A DNA stretch of 63,855 nucleotides, counting the filler, from Sphacelaria rigidula (taxonomy: Eukaryota), in the NCBI GenBank assembly GCA_964200075.2. It is 8 parts of 8 records of this genome, joined end to end, with 100 filler letters (N's around TTAATTAATTAA, not from the genome) between each part and the next. Parts side by side here need not be neighbours in the genome. Positions count along the whole stretch, not along the records: positions 55,962 to 63,855 come from CAXNAA020013077.1; 7 more parts are not named here. One strand, written 5' to 3'. Made by a program: the position numbers and the translations under genes. Shown here piece after piece: positions 63,140 through 63,855 of the stretch. Position 1 is the first letter of the stretch; each line of letters starts with the position of its first letter. The notes below the pieces were generated by a model that saw only the letters and a program-made list of their open reading frames with translations, did no database searches and was not told the DNA's origin.

Positions 63140-63760
63140 CGTTCTGCCGGGTTACATCACGTAGGGAATTAAAACACCGTGCAGAACAATCTCGAACAAT
63201 CTCGGCAACTCCTGCTCTCGTAGATCTCTCTACCGGGTTAGACCACGTGGAGAATTTTAACACCGTACAGAAACGATCCCATCCAGTCCGGAGAAGCCCT
63301 TGATCTTGTTGACAGCTCTGCCGGTTTAGATCGCGTACGGAATTTAAATACCGTACAGACACGATCCCACCCAGTTCGGAGAAGTCCTTGATCTTGTTGA
63401 CCGCTCTGCTGGGTTAGACCACATGGGGAGTTTGAACACCGTACAGAAACGATCCCATCCAGTCCGGAGAAGTCCTTGATCTTGTTGACAGCTCTGCCGG
63501 GTTAGACCGCGTACGGAATTTAAACGCCGTACAGACACGATCCCACCCAGTCCGGAGAAGTCCTTGATCTTGTTGACCGCTCTGCCGGGTTAGACCACAT
63601 GGGGAGTTTGAACACCGTACAGAAACGATCCCATCCAGTCCGGAGAAGTCCTTGATCTTGTTGACAGCTCTGCCGGGTTAGACCACGTAGGGAATTTAAA
63701 CGCCGTACAGAAACGATCCCATACCGTCCGGAGAAGCTCTTATTCCTGCTGACCGCTCTG
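63140..63760. repeat. 88-bp tandem repeat, about 7 copies, with alternating A/B units (176-bp higher-order repeat)
   Basis: Unit starts at 63228, 63316, 63404, 63492, 63580, 63668, 63756, each exactly 88 bp apart. Confidence 0.95.
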
Positions 63761-63814
63761 GGTTGTCCGCAAACCGTTTGCGGATCTTGGTACCTCGGGG
63801 AATCTACCGCGCAA

Positions 63815-63855
63815 GAGTCATCCTACGATAGGGGGGGGGGTATTTTGGGCCATTT
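63815..63855 (+). mobile_element. Left TIR of the 52087-type MITE, truncated by the window end
   Basis: GAGTCATCCTACGATAGGGGGGGGG. Confidence 0.8.

Noticed and set aside
63140..63760. CRISPR array
   Set aside because: Whole 88-bp units repeat with no unique spacers; no cas genes; eukaryotic context

Overview
This window is not one locus. It is eight unrelated contigs of 7894-7895 bp joined by artificial 100-bp linkers (N44-TTAATTAATTAA-N44), so adjacency across linkers means nothing. The DNA is eukaryotic, intron-rich and repeat-rich. It is probably a brown alga (Ectocarpus-like), which is an inference from intron style, GC content and repeat landscape. Most of the six-frame ORFs are spurious. 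Three host genes are supportable: a complete two-exon BolA3-type gene (45461-46388), two spliced exons of a CPWD-type ankyrin-repeat gene (16454-17749, minus), and five phase-compatible exons of an unknown Cys-containing protein with a GC-AG intron (26701-31879, minus). Mobile DNA includes a full-length but disabled Ty1/copia element (32840-37866) whose 3' LTR is unusually followed by a second copy of the PBS. There is also the 5' part of another probable LTR element with a very long gag-like ORF (contig 1), and the 3' end of a probable LTR element carrying an 88/176-bp satellite (contig 8). A 2.5-kb non-autonomous hAT element with an 8-bp TSD contains nested MITEs. Many small TIR elements are present, including mostly 225-257-bp Sola2-like MITEs that share a CTACG(A/G)TAG core at the same position in the TIR. 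I found no CRISPR array, rRNA or intact tRNA. I could not demonstrate a new biological system; the best leads are the transposon-architecture observations below.
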